A stretch of DNA of 64,000 nt from an uncultured Nitrospiraceae bacterium (lineage in GTDB: Bacteria; Nitrospirota; Thermodesulfovibrionia; Thermodesulfovibrionales; UBA6898): assembly GCA_963811165.1 (NCBI GenBank), contig CAWEQH010000010.1, forward strand, positions 64,001 to 128,000, written 5' to 3'. Positions 1 to 9,906 of this stretch are shown here, piece by piece. Made by a program: the position numbers and the translations under genes. Within the stretch, counting starts at the first letter, position 1. The number at the start of each line of letters is the position of its first letter. The notes under the pieces are model-generated. The model saw only the letters and a program-made list of their open reading frames with translations, did not search any database and had not been told where the DNA came from.

Positions 1-65
1 TACAGAGGGGGTATAATAGATTAAGAGGCGCTATAGAAGCGCTTGGCAGTATGCGGAGGTGGGAT

Positions 66-917
66 ATGAAGGCGATCTGGAAAGGCCATATACGTTTCTC
101 TCTCGTAACAATACCGGTACTCATTTATAATGCCGTCGATACCGAACAAAAAATAGACTTTCATCTGCTCCATAAGTCCGATCATGGTCCTGTCGGTTAT
201 GACAAGAAATGCAAAAAGTGCGGCAGGGTCCTGTCCGCCGAGGAGATCGTTAAAGGGTACAAATATGAGCCTGAGCAGTACGTAATCGTGGAAAAAGAAG
301 ACCTCGAAAAAATCAACCTCAAAAGCACAAAGATCATAGACATCGGCGGTTTCATCGATGCAAAGGAAGTGTCTCCGGCGCTGTATGAGTCGCCGTATTA
401 CGCAGGTCCTGACGGGCCCGTTGCGGTAAAGGCTTACTCCCTTCTGGCTGCTACGTTAAAGGAGACAGGGAAGGTGGGAATCGGGAAAGTTGTGTTACAC
501 GAACGCGAAGATGTGGTGATGATTGCACCATACGGCAATGCCATTGCGTTATATAAACTCCGGTCGCCGGGAGAGATCAGAAGCGTAACCGGTATCCCGC
601 AGCTTGAAAGAAAGCCCATAGACAAAGAGGAACTCAAGCTTGCCCACAGCCTTGTAGATTCGATGAGTACATCGATTGACAAGATTGATCTGACCGATAA
701 GTACCACGATGCCCTCAGGGCGATCATCGACGCGAAGGTCGCAGGGAAAGAGATAGTCAAGGTGGAGGAGGAAGAAAAGCCGGTGGTAGACATCATGACG
801 GCCCTGAAGCAAAGCATCGAGCGGGCGAAGCTTCATAAAAAGCCGGTGGAAAAGGCAGCGGGAAAGAAAAAAGTGGTTAACATAAAAGAGGCAAGAAAAT
901 TAAGGGCGATAAGGTAG
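66..917 (+). CDS. ku: Ku protein (non-homologous end joining)
   Basis: MKAIWKGHIRFSLVTIPV N-terminus, IVKGYKYE, VVDIMTALKQSI and a basic tail typical of bacterial Ku; GGAGGT RBS before ATG 66. Confidence 0.93.
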   Translation: MKAIWKGHIRFSLVTIPVLIYNAVDTEQKIDFHLLHKSDHGPVGYDKKCKKCGRVLSAEEIVKGYKYEPEQYVIVEKEDLEKINLKSTKIIDIGGFIDAKEVSPALYESPYYAGPDGPVAVKAYSLLAATLKETGKVGIGKVVLHEREDVVMIAPYGNAIALYKLRSPGEIRSVTGIPQLERKPIDKEELKLAHSLVDSMSTSIDKIDLTDKYHDALRAIIDAKVAGKEIVKVEEEEKPVVDIMTALKQSIERAKLHKKPVEKAAGKKKVVNIKEARKLRAIR

Positions 918-1057
918 AGTCTTTCGAACCGTCTAAAGTAGCGTAAAAAACTCCGACGATCTGTCAGACGGACAGAGGAGATCTTTGGTCATGTCGGCCA
1001 TGACAGGCCGCAATAGCCTGCCTTAAATCCAAGCCAAGGTTGTTGCCAAGGTTGTTG

Positions 1058-1085
1058 TTGACATCAGTGTATTGATTGTTACAAT
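1058..1085 (+). promoter_or_regulatory. sigma70-type promoter of the tkt operon
   Basis: TTGACA(1058-1063)-16 nt-TACAAT(1080-1085) with a TG extended -10. Confidence 0.6.
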
Positions 1086-1146
1086 GAGACTAGACGTCCT
1101 TCGACGTATCGAATCGTTAAATCCTTGCAGTAAATAAGGGGGAGAT

Positions 1147-2979
1147 ATGGCCGACGGTGAACAACTGACGAGGCTCGCGAAGTTGATCCGCTACTACATT
1201 CTCGTATCAACCACGGAGGCCGGTTCTGGCCATCCCACGTCGTCGTTGTCCGCAACCGATCTGATGACGTGTCTTTTGTTCGGAGGGGCCTTCCGGTTTG
1301 ACCCCGACCATCCGGAACATCCCAATAACGACCGTCTCATTTTTTCGAAGGGCCATGCCTCTCCGCTCCTTTATGCTTTATGGGCGGCTGCCGGCAGGGT
1401 CTCTGAAGAGGAATTAATGACGCTGAGAAAATTCGGAAGTCCCCTCGAGGGTCATCCTACACCGGCATTCAGATATGCCGAGGCAGCAACAGGCTCATTG
1501 GGACAAGGGCTTCCGATCGGGTTGGGAATGGCCTTAAACGCTAAGTATATCGACAAACTGCCTTACCGGACTTATGTGCTCCTGGGCGACAGCGAGATGG
1601 CGGAAGGTTCGCAGTGGGAGGCGCTCCAGATTGCCGAGCACTACAAGCTGGACAATCTCATAGGCATAATAGACGTCAACCGACTCGGGCAGCGTGGTGA
1701 GACGATGTACGGTCATGACCTGGGCGCTTATGAAAAACGCGTATCGTCATTTGGGTGGGAAACCATCGTGATTGACGGACACAATACGGAGGAGATACTC
1801 GGGGCATACCGGAAGGCTTCTGAGATCGAGGGGCGTCCGGTCATGATCATCGCCAGGACGATCAAGGGCAAGGGTGTTTCGTTCATCGAAGACAAAAACG
1901 GATGGCACGGGAAGGTTCTCAATAAGGACCAGCTGAAACAGGCACTCGATGAATTGGGAGAAATCGATAAATCAGTGCGGGGAGAGATCACGGCACCCGA
2001 GAACCTGAGACTGCCTGCGGGGCAGTCTCAACCTGCCCAGAAGATCCTTTATCTTGCCGACAAACCTGTTGCCACGAGAAAGGCTTACGGCAATGCGCTT
2101 GCCCGTTTGTTTCCCAAATTCCCGGATATGGTTGTCTTGGACGGTGAGGTGAGCAATTCTACCTATGCCGATATTTTTAAAGAAAGGTATCCGGACAGGT
2201 TTTTCGAGATGTACATAGCCGAGCAAAATATGGCGGGTGCCGCCATCGGGATTTCGCGGAGGGGAAAAATCCCCTTTGTTTCGAGTTTTGCGGCCTTTAT
2301 GACAAGGGCGTTTGACCAGATACGTATGAGCCAGTATTCGGACACGAATATCAAGTTCTGCGGTTCCCACGCGGGCGTTTCGATCGGTGAAGACGGGCCG
2401 TCCCAGATGGGGCTTGAGGACATCGCGATGTTCAGGACGCTTTTGGGAGGCATAGTATTGTATCCGTCAGACGCGATATCGACCGAAAAGATCGTGGAAG
2501 AAGCCGCCAAGCACAAAGGCAATGTATATATCCGGACAACGAGAATGGACACCCCGATCATCTACAAGGCCAACGAGGAGTTTCCGATCGGCGGCTCCAA
2601 GGTCCTCAAGCAAAGCGACAGGGACGCGGTCGCAGTCGTCGCTGCGGGAATCACCGTCCACGAGGCCCTTGCCGCGTATGAGGAGCTCAAAAAAGAAGGC
2701 GTCTTCATCCGGGTGATCGACCTTTACAGCATCAAGCCGGCCGACAAAGAGACGCTCAGAAAAGCCGCAAATGTGGCCCAGGCATTTATCACAGTCGAAG
2801 ACCATTTCTCCGAAGGCGGCATCGGCGAGACCGTAAGAAGTCTCATGGCGGACATCGACGTCCCGGTCCATTCGCTTTGTGTGCAAAAGATGCCAAAAAG
2901 CGGCAGGCCGGGAGAACTTTTGGATTATGAGGGGATATCGAAGAGTGAGATCATTAAAAGAGTAAAGGAGCTTATATGA
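1147..2979 (+). CDS. tkt: Transketolase (610-aa type)
   Basis: SGHPTSSLS, SKGHA, LEGHP, ATGSLGQG, GDSE ThDP-binding motif, GEDGPSQ. Confidence 0.95.
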   Translation: MADGEQLTRLAKLIRYYILVSTTEAGSGHPTSSLSATDLMTCLLFGGAFRFDPDHPEHPNNDRLIFSKGHASPLLYALWAAAGRVSEEELMTLRKFGSPLEGHPTPAFRYAEAATGSLGQGLPIGLGMALNAKYIDKLPYRTYVLLGDSEMAEGSQWEALQIAEHYKLDNLIGIIDVNRLGQRGETMYGHDLGAYEKRVSSFGWETIVIDGHNTEEILGAYRKASEIEGRPVMIIARTIKGKGVSFIEDKNGWHGKVLNKDQLKQALDELGEIDKSVRGEITAPENLRLPAGQSQPAQKILYLADKPVATRKAYGNALARLFPKFPDMVVLDGEVSNSTYADIFKERYPDRFFEMYIAEQNMAGAAIGISRRGKIPFVSSFAAFMTRAFDQIRMSQYSDTNIKFCGSHAGVSIGEDGPSQMGLEDIAMFRTLLGGIVLYPSDAISTEKIVEEAAKHKGNVYIRTTRMDTPIIYKANEEFPIGGSKVLKQSDRDAVAVVAAGITVHEALAAYEELKKEGVFIRVIDLYSIKPADKETLRKAANVAQAFITVEDHFSEGGIGETVRSLMADIDVPVHSLCVQKMPKSGRPGELLDYEGISKSEIIKRVKELI

Positions 2980-3839
2980 GACCGCAGAACCTAAAGACGC
3001 GAATATTCCTAGATAGCGGCAACCAGGAGGAGACAAAGGAGATAATCCGGCTGATCGGGTTTCTTGACGGACAGACCACGAACCCCACCCTTATCTCAAA
3101 AAATCCCGGCGCCCGCGGACATATCGAGCACGGGGGCAAGTTCACGGAGAAAGAGGTATACGATTTTTATCGGGACGTCGTAAAAAAAATATCGTCGATG
3201 ATCCCTCTTGGCTCGGTCTCGGTCGAGGTGTACGCAGACCTCTCTACGAAAGCGGAAGAAATGATGAAGAAGGCGAAGGAGATGTTTTCCTGGATCCCAA
3301 ACGCACATGTAAAATTCCCCACGACCACGGAAGGGTTGAAGGCGGCAGGGCAGGCGATCAGGGAGGGGATGCGGGTGAACCTCACACTCTGTTTTTCACA
3401 GGAACAGGCAGCCGCGGTTTACGCAGCAACGCGCGGCGCGAAAAAAGGGGACGTATTCGTCTCTCCCTTTGTCGGCAGACTGGACGACCGGGGTGAAAAC
3501 GGGATGGACGTTATCGCAAACGTGATGAGGATGTACCGGGAAGGGGACGGTCATGTGGAAGTGCTGACTGCCAGCGTAAGGACTATAGACCACTTTCTGT
3601 ATGCCCTGAAGCTCGGTTCGGACATCATCACCGCGCCTTTTGAAATATTGAAGGAATGGGCGGGCAGGGGGCTTCCTGTGCCGGGTGGAGAGTACGTGTA
3701 TGATTCCAAGGATCTGAAGGAGATACCTTACACACATATCGACCTGGGGAAAGACTGGCGCGGTTTCGATATCAGCCACGACCTGACGGTGAAAGGGATG
3801 GAGAAATTTTCTCAGGACTGGAATTCACTGATCCGGTGA
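2976..3839 (+). CDS. tal: Transaldolase family protein
   Basis: IFLDS, GQTTNPTLI, VKFP Schiff-base Lys, NLTLCFS, VSPFVGRLDD. Confidence 0.9.
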   Translation: MRPQNLKTRIFLDSGNQEETKEIIRLIGFLDGQTTNPTLISKNPGARGHIEHGGKFTEKEVYDFYRDVVKKISSMIPLGSVSVEVYADLSTKAEEMMKKAKEMFSWIPNAHVKFPTTTEGLKAAGQAIREGMRVNLTLCFSQEQAAAVYAATRGAKKGDVFVSPFVGRLDDRGENGMDVIANVMRMYREGDGHVEVLTASVRTIDHFLYALKLGSDIITAPFEILKEWAGRGLPVPGGEYVYDSKDLKEIPYTHIDLGKDWRGFDISHDLTVKGMEKFSQDWNSLIR

Positions 3840-4585
3840 ATAGTTCCCGTCAGACCTTTGTCTTTGGCGATACCGGGAAGATGGCCGATTTTTTTACCGC
3901 GAGGTGGCGTGAGATAGCATCGGGGGCCATTAAGAAAAGGGGATTCTTTGCGGTCGCTCTTTCGGGCGGGAAGACGCCCGCCCCTTTTTACCGTAAGCTT
4001 GCGGCGGAGCCGGGAGAGGGCGCACCGTGGAACAAAACCCATATTTTTTTCGCGGATGAGCGTTTTGTTTCCGATACCGATGCGGACAGCAACTACCGGA
4101 TGATAAAGGAGACGCTTTTGGACAATGCAGGCGTACCTGCAGGGAATATCCATTCCATCCCGACCGACCTTCCTGACCCTATGTCGGCGGCATTACGCTA
4201 TGAGAGAGAGGTCGCGTTATTTTTCGGAGACGGCATACCGGAGTTTGATCTCATCATTTTAGGCATCGGGACTGACGGTCATACCGCGTCTCTTTTTCCC
4301 GGAAACACGGCGGTGAAGGAAAAAAAGCGACTTGTTACCGCTGTGATTCTTGCCGGACGGATGCACAACCGGATAACACTGACGCTGCCCGTCCTGAACA
4401 AGGCGAGGAATGTGATATTTCTTGTGACGGGGAAAGAGAAGGCGAAGGTGCTCAGAGAGGTGTCGCAGGGCAGCGACCGTTCACTTCCGGCTTTGCTTGT
4501 CGCCCCTGAAAAGGGGAGCCTCCTCTATTTGGCGGATTCCAGTGCAGGGTCGCTTCTGAGGGAAAAAGAAGAAAAAGGAAGATGA
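3836..4585 (+). CDS. pgl: 6-phosphogluconolactonase
   Basis: VALSGGKTP, FADERFV, SNYRM, LGIGTDGHTASLFP, RITLTLP. Confidence 0.93.
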   Translation: MNSSRQTFVFGDTGKMADFFTARWREIASGAIKKRGFFAVALSGGKTPAPFYRKLAAEPGEGAPWNKTHIFFADERFVSDTDADSNYRMIKETLLDNAGVPAGNIHSIPTDLPDPMSAALRYEREVALFFGDGIPEFDLIILGIGTDGHTASLFPGNTAVKEKKRLVTAVILAGRMHNRITLTLPVLNKARNVIFLVTGKEKAKVLREVSQGSDRSLPALLVAPEKGSLLYLADSSAGSLLREKEEKGR

Positions 4586-5010
4586 AGATCGTCCCTTCAG
4601 TTCTCGCCGAAGACCGCGACGATTTTGTCCTGAGGATGCGGCAGGCCGAGGACTTTGCCGAATATGTCCAGATAGACGTGATGGACGGCGTGTTCGTAGA
4701 TACTATGAGTTTTCCGCCCGAGTCGATCAACATGCTCACTACCCCTCTTGCCTTCGAGATGCATCTGATGGTCATGGACCCTGCCGATATCGTAAAAAGA
4801 TTGCGCCATCCAGGGCTTAGAAAGATCATATTCCATTTCGAAGCCAGAGTTGACCATCACGACCTGGCGATCGAAATAAAGCGGATGGGCCTTTCGGCCG
4901 GACTGGCGGCGCGGCCGGAGACTGCCCTTGACGTATCTTCTTTTTTAAAACTGCGAGGAACTCCATATGCTGCAATGATTCGTGGGCGATTTCCGATTTC
5001 AAGAAAATGG

Positions 5011-6642
5011 CTACAATTTTACCTTAAGCAGATCGAGAATCTTTTGCTGATTGTTATCGGGAGTGCAAACTATTCTGCACGAAGCCCCCTGCATTTGAAG
5101 TGTCTGTCTTCTTATGCTCTTTAATCTCTCAATCACATACTCAAATGTCCACTTACGGTTTTTATTCTTGCCGTCAGACTGAAACAGAGGTTTCAGCCTC
5201 TGGTTCATATGCCACTGCAAGTAATAGGCAAGTATGCAAATAAACACATGACAGCGGATTCGCTCATCTGTTTTGTGATAAACGGGCCGCACTTCAAGTT
5301 GTACGCTTTTTAGGTTACGAAAAGCCTGTTCTACAAGCGCGAGCTTTTTATATGCCGCAACTATTTCCTGTTTTGCCATCAGCCCGGCAGGAACATCGGA
5401 GGCAATTATATAACAGCCGTCAATCAATTCCTCAGCCTCGATCTTATCTGTTTTGAATTTCCAGGTGAGATGCCCATCCTGTACTGCCCACTCTACGAAT
5501 TTCTCTGTCTTTGTCTTTCCAAAAATCTTTCCTACTCTTGCCGCTATCTTCTCGGTTGTCGACTTCCGTTTTGATTGGGCTATCCTGTCTAATGCTTTTC
5601 TGGTGACCTCAAGCAAGCCTTTGCGTGTAGTTGCTTCCCTCGTTGCGGTTTTTGGATTACGGCATAAACAGTATCGCCGTGCCGGGTCTTGGGGATCCAC
5701 TACTTCAACAATCTCCTTTTCATCAAACATGTCCACCTGGATCACCTTGCGTTGCAAAAGCTCGTTTATCTGACGGTGAGTTAATGCCGATACTGTATTG
5801 AGCCCTTTCACATCTTTAACCTTCTCGTAATTGGCATGAGTGACCATTCCGCGATCCCCAACAAAAATTATCTCCTGTATCCCGTATCTTTTCTGCACCT
5901 CAGCTATCTTATCGAGGACCGTTTGGGCATCCTGCGTATTTCCAGGGAAAACTTCCACACCCACAGGGCAGCCATCAGGACTGCAAAGCAGCCCTATCAC
6001 CATCTGTTCATGCCCCCGCTTACCGTCACGGTTATATCCGAATTTAACGATCTCACTGTCTTCATACTCGCCTTCAAAATAGCTGCTGGTTATATCGTAA
6101 AGTACAAGCGCCCCGTTTCGGAGATGCTTTTTCGCCAATGTCATTTGGATCGCATCCTGCCTCTGTAAAAGACGATCCATAGGCCCATAGCACTGTTTAT
6201 CTACGTCAACCGCCCCTTCTATCCCGCAGAGTTCCCATAGTGCCGTGTCCTCCCATCTGTGCGATAACGCCAGCTTGCTGCCGCTATATACCAGACGGCC
6301 GACTATCATGGCGAGACAGTCTTTAACCCACTGCTCGGAATATCTCGAATAGATCATTTTGTCCAACTCTAATTCCTTCGCCAACTGCAATGCCGCATAG
6401 GAAGCGCCGTACTCCTTCGATTCTGTAACTTTTTGAGCGTCGGCTGAACCCCTTACCAGCACATCGCCTCTGAAGGCGGCCTGTATGAGCTTTAATTGTT
6501 CAAGGCTCATATCCTTGATGGTCCCATGAGTTGTGTGTCTGATTTCGCCCTTCTCACGGAATGTGGTGCGGATGACCCCGTAACACTTGTTGCCGGAGGT
6601 TTGTATTTCGAGGTGGGGACGTGGCTTCTTCTTTAATGGCAT
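5011..6642 (-). CDS. IS1634-family DDE transposase
   Basis: LYDITSSYFEG, GYNRDGK, FVGDRGM, VEQAFRNLKS, RPVYH...RIRCHVFIC. Start placed at ATG 6642, downstream of the element's own promoter. Confidence 0.92.
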   Translation of the reverse strand: MPLKKKPRPHLEIQTSGNKCYGVIRTTFREKGEIRHTTHGTIKDMSLEQLKLIQAAFRGDVLVRGSADAQKVTESKEYGASYAALQLAKELELDKMIYSRYSEQWVKDCLAMIVGRLVYSGSKLALSHRWEDTALWELCGIEGAVDVDKQCYGPMDRLLQRQDAIQMTLAKKHLRNGALVLYDITSSYFEGEYEDSEIVKFGYNRDGKRGHEQMVIGLLCSPDGCPVGVEVFPGNTQDAQTVLDKIAEVQKRYGIQEIIFVGDRGMVTHANYEKVKDVKGLNTVSALTHRQINELLQRKVIQVDMFDEKEIVEVVDPQDPARRYCLCRNPKTATREATTRKGLLEVTRKALDRIAQSKRKSTTEKIAARVGKIFGKTKTEKFVEWAVQDGHLTWKFKTDKIEAEELIDGCYIIASDVPAGLMAKQEIVAAYKKLALVEQAFRNLKSVQLEVRPVYHKTDERIRCHVFICILAYYLQWHMNQRLKPLFQSDGKNKNRKWTFEYVIERLKSIRRQTLQMQGASCRIVCTPDNNQQKILDLLKVKL

Positions 6643-6649
6643 GGCTACT

Positions 6650-6678
6650 ATTATAGAGTATAACAATAGCTATGTCAA
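6650..6678 (-). promoter_or_regulatory. Consensus sigma70 promoter of the transposase
   Basis: TTGACA-17 nt-TATAAT on the minus strand, 7 nt upstream of ATG 6642. Confidence 0.8.
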
Positions 6679-7109
6679 GTATAAAATGCTAATTTATATG
6701 GCTACATTTGAAAGCCAAAAATCCAGTAGCATCTTGCCAAATATGGATTTATTGGTGTTTTCATAAAAGAAAATACGCCTTGAGGCGATAGGCGGGGCCG
6801 CCCGCCATTTTGATACGCTCCTTTTTCTTACGGTATCTCCCGGCAGATACGGGAGCGCTTTCTTGCCGGAAACGGTGATGAAGGTTTCCGAGGCGCGAAA
6901 GACCTTCCCCGACAAGACGATCGGGGTCGACGGGGGCCTGTCAACTGACAATATCGGCATGTTTTATGATATCGGCGTCGACTATGTGTGTGTGGGAAGC
7001 AGGATCTTCATGGCTGGAAGTCCGAAGAAAAACTACGAGCGATTCATAAAACGTCTTAACGAACTGCAACATACACAATAAAGTCCACTCATTATTCCAT
7101 GAAATTATT

Positions 7110-7152
7110 TTAATCCTCTCTTAATCTCCTTTTAATCTTTTAGGGGTAGACT
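7110..7152 (+). promoter_or_regulatory. Three TTAATC direct repeats at 11-bp period plus a TAGACT -10 (OmpR/PhoB-type box)
   Basis: TTAATC at 7110, 7121 and 7132; TAGACT at 7147-7152. Confidence 0.55.
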
Positions 7153-7245
7153 TTCTTCAACAAATAATGCTGGAGACCCCTGCCTCAGCGGTCTTATATA
7201 GGGATGAATACTCCGTAGTAAGGACTGACAAAAAAGGGGGTAACG

Positions 7246-7599
7246 ATGAGAAATAAAATAGTCTCGACCTCGGGATACTTCCTGATGTTGTCGTTTTTTG
7301 TGGCTTTAGCGTTTCTACCGGCAAGCGGGACGCCGGCTTTTGGCGCGGTGACCGAGCGAAACCTGCCGATGGTCAGTGAAACTGCCCATAATGGGGAAGT
7401 TTACAAGATCCTCCCTGTTCTTGAAGATAAGATACATGACAGGAAGCTCCTCGAAAAATCGAAAGAGAAGGTTTTTAGCATGGGCGACCGGGAGGTAAAA
7501 CTTGTGGCGGCGCTTTGTGAAAAAATATCAGATAAAAGAGAAACCGTAAGTTCCGATATCGCTTTTTTTCTCGTCACTGCCCTGATTGTCCTGTCCTGA
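7246..7599 (+). CDS. Hypothetical exported/membrane protein
   Basis: Purine-rich RBS, signal-like N-terminus, hydrophobic C-terminus. Confidence 0.65.
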   Translation: MRNKIVSTSGYFLMLSFFVALAFLPASGTPAFGAVTERNLPMVSETAHNGEVYKILPVLEDKIHDRKLLEKSKEKVFSMGDREVKLVAALCEKISDKRETVSSDIAFFLVTALIVLS

Positions 7600-7645
7600 T
7601 TTATAAGCGCTCATAATTCAAAATTACTTACGGAGGTCTGCTAAA

Positions 7646-8524
7646 GTGCAACGATTGAAAAATCTGTCTCATGTCCTTTATCACATTGCCATTGTTGTAC
7701 TGAGCGCTGCGGTCGCCCTCTCACTGCCGTTTACGGCAAGGTTTGCAGCGAAGAAGTTCCTGGGATATTGGGCGCTGATAGAAAACGAGAAGATGTTCCT
7801 TATCTCCATAGAGATCGCAACGGCGGTCCTCCTTATCCTCCTATTCAACTTCATCGTGAAAAACCTGAAAAACAGAAGGCTGTCGAGCATGGCAAAAGAG
7901 GCCGGTCTCTATGCGCTGGGACGTGCTAGCGGTCTTCTGGACCGCTCCAGAATAAGGAAACTGAAAGAGAGGCAGGGTGTTTCGAGAAATGTGATGATCA
8001 TCGGATCTACGGGGTTCAGTACCTTCGTAGAACCTTCGGGGGACCTTCATCTGGTGATACAAAAGTGCCGGGGAGCCAAGATCATGCTCCTTGATCCCTC
8101 AGGTGAAGGAGCAGGCTCACGCGCCAAGAGCATGCAGTCTGATGCTATCACCGTTGACAGCTTCAGGGAACAGATTGTCAAGAGCATTGAATTTCTCAAG
8201 GGCCTTAAGGAGGTACAGAAAGATATTCGGCTGAAGCTCTATCGGGACATTCCCCTTTTCAAGCTCGCTATACTCGGCGATTATGTCTTCATGAGACATT
8301 ACCACCATGGGGTTGACGTCCGGCGATTGCCGGAATATATATTCAGACATCAGAGGAATCCGGGGTGTCTCTACAACCCTTTTTATCAGTATTTCCTCGA
8401 CCGGTGGCATGACCCTTCCGTGCCCGAATATGAACTGGAAACGGACGAGCTTATATTCAGGGACAAATCAGGGAACGAAGTGAAGCGCGAGAAGGCGGCG
8501 TTTTTCGAAACGGCCCAGCCTTGA
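7646..8524 (+). CDS. Hypothetical membrane protein with two TM helices and a soluble C-terminal alpha/beta domain
   Basis: GGAGGT RBS, 292-aa ORF. KIMLLDP...LKLY...KLAILGDY...FLDRW pattern is reminiscent of PLD-like/DUF5919 domains (tentative). Confidence 0.7.
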   Translation: MQRLKNLSHVLYHIAIVVLSAAVALSLPFTARFAAKKFLGYWALIENEKMFLISIEIATAVLLILLFNFIVKNLKNRRLSSMAKEAGLYALGRASGLLDRSRIRKLKERQGVSRNVMIIGSTGFSTFVEPSGDLHLVIQKCRGAKIMLLDPSGEGAGSRAKSMQSDAITVDSFREQIVKSIEFLKGLKEVQKDIRLKLYRDIPLFKLAILGDYVFMRHYHHGVDVRRLPEYIFRHQRNPGCLYNPFYQYFLDRWHDPSVPEYELETDELIFRDKSGNEVKREKAAFFETAQP

Positions 8525-8602
8525 ATAATTTTCGCAATAGTCAGCTTTATAAAACCTCCCGTCGCTGCTATAATTTCAAGAAATGAAATTCGGAGGGCTA
8601 TT

Positions 8603-9166
8603 ATGAAGAGATCGTTAGGTGCGAAGACTTTGTTATACCCCACGCCTGTTTTGGTTATCGGAACTTACGACAGCGAGGGAAGGGCCAACGCCATGACTGC
8701 TTCGTGGGGAGGGATATGCTGTTCCACCCCGCCATGTCTTTCAGTTTCCATAAGAAAGGCCACTTACACGTATGGCAATATTGTTGAGAAAGATGCGTTT
8801 ACCGTAAACATACCGTCAGAGGCCCAGATCAAGGCCGCCGATTATTTCGGTATGGTTTCGGGAAAGAACGAGGACAAATTCAAGGCAAGCGGACTTACGC
8901 CGGTGAAGGGAGAACGTGTCGACGCCCCCTATATCGAGGAATTTCCTCTTATCATAGAATGCCGGCTGATTAAGAGCATTGAAATAGGCAGCCACACCCA
9001 GTTTATCGGGGAGATAATGGACGTAAGGGCCGAGGAGTCCGTACTTGGCGCGGCAGATGTGCCCGACATTGAAAAGCTCCGGCCCGTGATATTTACGCCG
9101 GTCAGCCGCAATTACTACGGCATCGGCAGGTTTGTCGGAAAGGCTTTTTCAGTGGGAAAGGGTTGA
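8603..9166 (+). CDS. Flavin reductase-like (flavoredoxin) protein
   Basis: [42 protein letters not shown]. Confidence 0.9.
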   Translation: MKRSLGAKTLLYPTPVLVIGTYDSEGRANAMTASWGGICCSTPPCLSVSIRKATYTYGNIVEKDAFTVNIPSEAQIKAADYFGMVSGKNEDKFKASGLTPVKGERVDAPYIEEFPLIIECRLIKSIEIGSHTQFIGEIMDVRAEESVLGAADVPDIEKLRPVIFTPVSRNYYGIGRFVGKAFSVGKG

Positions 9167-9300
9167 ATATTTCGATAGTTTACAGGCAGACCACTTTTAG
9201 TCTATACTAGTAGCAGAAACTTTTGGAGTTATGAGGACCTCGGAGACTTTAGAAGCTCTGGGGTTTTTATTTCCCCGTGAAAGAAGAGGAGAGAAAGAAG

Positions 9301-9657
9301 ATGGAAAAGAAGATTTACGTAGGCAACATCTCGTTTAAGGCAAGCGAAGAGGACATCAAAGAGCTTTTTTCGCAGAGCGGGGAAGTCGAATCGGTGAAGA
9401 TAATAACTGACAGGCATACCGGAAACCCGAAGGGCTTTGCCTTTGTAGAGATGGCTACGGAGGACGATGCCCGCAAGGCTATAGAAGCTCTTAACGGCGC
9501 TACCTTTATGGAAAGAACGTTGTCTGTTGCCGAGGCTAAGCCCCAGCAGCCCAGGGAACATCGCGGCTTTGGAGGAGGCCCCGGCGGCGGTGGTGGAAGA
9601 GGCGGCTATGGTGGTGGTGGTGGCGGCAAGGGCGGTTTCGGCCGGGGTAGGAGATAA
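9301..9657 (+). CDS. RRM RNA-binding protein with a Gly-rich tail
   Basis: RNP2 IYVGNI, RNP1 KGFAFVEM, GGR/GGG tail. Confidence 0.93.
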   Translation: MEKKIYVGNISFKASEEDIKELFSQSGEVESVKIITDRHTGNPKGFAFVEMATEDDARKAIEALNGATFMERTLSVAEAKPQQPREHRGFGGGPGGGGGRGGYGGGGGGKGGFGRGRR

Positions 9658-9663
9658 GCGGCC

Positions 9664-9849
9664 TTGGATATAAAGGTTTACGGTAATGACGTCGAAAAGG
9701 CGCTAAAATCCCTGAAGAGGCAGCTCCAGAAGGAGGGCCTTTTCAAGGAGATAAAGCAGCGGAGTTTTTACGAGAAGCCCTCTGTAAAGGAGAAGCGCAA
9801 AAAGAGGGAGGCCGCAAAAAAGAGGGTCAAGGCCCTCAGGTTCAGGTAA
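9664..9849 (+). CDS. rpsU: 30S ribosomal protein S21
   Basis: VEKALKSLKRQ...FYEKPSVKEKRKK; TTG start. Confidence 0.9.
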   Translation: MDIKVYGNDVEKALKSLKRQLQKEGLFKEIKQRSFYEKPSVKEKRKKREAAKKRVKALRFR

Positions 9850-9906
9850 GCTACCGCGGCTTGCGCCGTGTAATGCTCGTCTAAAACCAGCGTTCCTTGC
9901 GATTGA

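Larger units (their letters stand above)
4932..6777 (-). mobile_element. IS1634-family insertion sequence, 1846 bp
   Basis: CCTTGA duplicated at 4926-4931 and 6778-6783; imperfect terminal inverted repeats CGTATCTTCTTTTTTAAAA / CGTATTTTCTTTTATGAAA. Confidence 0.92.
4582..7081 (+). pseudogene. rpe: Ribulose-phosphate 3-epimerase interrupted by an IS (5' part 4582-4931, 3' part 6784-7081)
   Basis: The N-half has IVPSVL, QIDVMDGVFV and EMHLMV. The C-half has LFLTVSPG, GVDGG and VGSRIF. Removing the IS plus one target copy gives a continuous 648-nt (215-aa) frame. Confidence 0.92.

Noticed and set aside
4932..5124. C-terminal part of ORF 4582-5124 as genuine protein
   Set aside because: It is read-through from rpe into the IS end.
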